This document shows, piece after piece, positions 26,340 through 27,511 of a stretch of 27,511 nt of DNA. A program made the translations under genes and the position numbers. Under the pieces are notes generated by a model, which did not search any database, was not told the DNA's origin, and saw only the letters and a list, made by a program, of their open reading frames with translations. Origin of the DNA: Sulfurimonadaceae bacterium (lineage in GTDB: Bacteria; Campylobacterota; Campylobacteria; Campylobacterales; Sulfurimonadaceae). The stretch is from contig JBFEXS010000018.1 of NCBI GenBank assembly GCA_041562555.1, positions 1-27,511 of the forward strand. The letters run 5' to 3'. Positions within the stretch are counted from its first letter, which is position 1. Each line of letters starts with the position of its first letter.

Positions 26340-27094
26340 TGAGAATAGTTCAAAGCACTCTTTTTAACGACTTTTACGAACTTCTGCACGCCTTCAGTAC
26401 CAAAGAAGAAGGCTTCTCTAAATACCCATACACCGGAAACAACCTAGCATTTCACGTAGATGATGATCCCCTTATCGTAAAACGTAATCATAAGGCATAT
26501 GCGAACTTTTTAAACTATCCGTATCATAGGCTTGTCCGAATGGATCAAGTACATGGAAACAAGATAAAAGTCATTAGAAACGACAGTGATCTACAAGATA
26601 TTCCCCAATGCGATGCCCTTATTACGAACATGAGACAGACGCCAATAATGGTGATGGTAGCGGACTGTATTCCAATTCTGATATATGATCCTCACAAAAA
26701 AGCCATAGCAGCTGTTCATGCAGGACGTGCTGGCATATTTTTAGAGATAGTGCCAAAATGTATCAAACGATTAGAAAAAGAATATAATTGTAAACCCGAT
26801 GACATGCTGATTGCAGTCGGACCGGCTATTCATGAATGCTGCTATGAAGTCGGTGAAGATGTTGTGAGTGAAATAAGTGAGAAGCAATACGGCTATGCAT
26901 TAAAACAGCGTGACAATACATATTATTTGGATCTGTTGGCTATATTAAAAGCTCAATTGAAAAGCCATGGCATAAGAGAGACAAATATAGACATATCGCC
27001 TTTATGTACCTCATGTAACAATGAGCTCTTTTACTCATATCGTGCAGAAAAAAATCAATGTGGAAGATTCAGCGGCTTGATAATGCTTAAATAA
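26336..27094 (+). CDS. pgeF: YfiH/PgeF family (peptidoglycan editing factor; FAMIN-like purine nucleoside enzyme)
   Basis: NLAFHV.D, QVHG, DALIT, ADCIPIL, AVHAGRAG, GPAI..CCYEVG, CTSC...FYSYR...GR. Confidence 0.93.
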   Translation: MMRIVQSTLFNDFYELLHAFSTKEEGFSKYPYTGNNLAFHVDDDPLIVKRNHKAYANFLNYPYHRLVRMDQVHGNKIKVIRNDSDLQDIPQCDALITNMRQTPIMVMVADCIPILIYDPHKKAIAAVHAGRAGIFLEIVPKCIKRLEKEYNCKPDDMLIAVGPAIHECCYEVGEDVVSEISEKQYGYALKQRDNTYYLDLLAILKAQLKSHGIRETNIDISPLCTSCNNELFYSYRAEKNQCGRFSGLIMLK

Positions 27095-27133
27095 ACACTG
27101 AAGACTAAACATTGTAGATGACTGAGGATTAGT

Positions 27134-27186
27134 AAAGAAAGTCCGGGCGGAGACACCCTAAGGGTGCTTGTCGCCTCGCTTGGGCG
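27134..27186 (-). terminator. Possible intrinsic terminator hairpin downstream of the 5S gene, convergent with pgeF
   Basis: CACCC-TTA-GGGTG core within a GC-rich imperfect stem, followed on the minus strand by UUUCUUU. Confidence 0.4.
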
Positions 27187-27376
27187 CCTACGATACTTCA
27201 TAATAAATTATCCCTAAGGATGATCGATTATGAACAAGGTAGAAAAAATGGAAAACAAGCGAAGTGAAGTTTCTTTAGTAAAGTAGGACGTCAAAGGACG
27301 AAATTAATCAAACAAGGTAAAGTAAGTTAGATTTGTAAAATAAAGTAAATGGGAATAAAGATTGTGAAGAAAAAAG

Positions 27377-27492
27377 TCCAGGCGGCGACCTACGTTCCCA
27401 CACCTGAAAGGTGCAGTATTATCAGCGAAGAGGGGCTTAGCTTCTGGGTTCGGAATGGGACCAGGCGTTTCCCCCTCTCTATAACCACCTGA
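27377..27492 (-). rRNA. rrf: 5S ribosomal RNA
   Basis: Reverse complement reads UCAGGUGGUUAUAGAGAGGGGGAAACGCCUGGUCCCAUUCCGAACCCAGAAGCUAAGCCCCUCUUCGCUGAUAAUACUGCACC...GGGAACGUAGGUCGCCGCCUGGA, with the conserved CCCAUUCCGAAC and helix I pairing; about 116 nt. Confidence 0.97.
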
Positions 27493-27511
27493 GTGAAGGG
27501 CTACGAGTAGC

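Noticed and set aside
27230..27286. Short plus-strand ORF MNKVEKMENKRSEVSLVK with an upstream AAGGA
   Set aside because: Only 18 aa, antisense to the rRNA trailer and purine-biased; likely chance.
27493..27511. Possible 23S rRNA 3' end at the window edge
   Set aside because: The 19 nt do not match a recognisable 23S terminus; treated as spacer upstream of 5S.
1..27511. CRISPR array, transposase, integrase or prophage genes
   Set aside because: No regularly spaced repeats or such protein motifs were seen.

Overview
AT-rich bacterial chromosomal window, most likely Campylobacterota (Sulfurimonas/Sulfurovum-like). This assignment is inferred from the 'IAHQWRQPLN' kinase H-box, the Campylobacter-type dimeric dUTPase and TGn-TAnAAT promoters. 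Left to right: a signalling block (response regulator, PAS hybrid kinase with Hpt, 7TM-DISM kinase); a Dabb protein; a TolC-adaptor-split-RND efflux operon; a 7TM-DISM diguanylate cyclase; a nucleoside deoxyribosyltransferase-pepN pair; a monoheme cytochrome c behind a Crp/Fnr-type palindrome; a degenerate EAL-HDOD protein; dut; a minus-strand block with a CobB sirtuin, an atypical ADP-ribosylglycohydrolase and several small unknown proteins; an ovoA-patB pair (probable ovothiol pathway with a MalY/PatB-type lyase); pgeF; and a 5S rRNA gene at the right end. The best leads are the ovoA-PatB coupling, the sirtuin/atypical-ARH block, a structured GC-rich element at about 19034-19148, the apparently genuine split RND pump, several sub-60-aa ORFs missing from the ORF track, and a relic copy of the 5S 3' end. 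No transposase, integrase, tRNA or CRISPR array was seen. All assignments come from motif recognition by eye; no searches were run.
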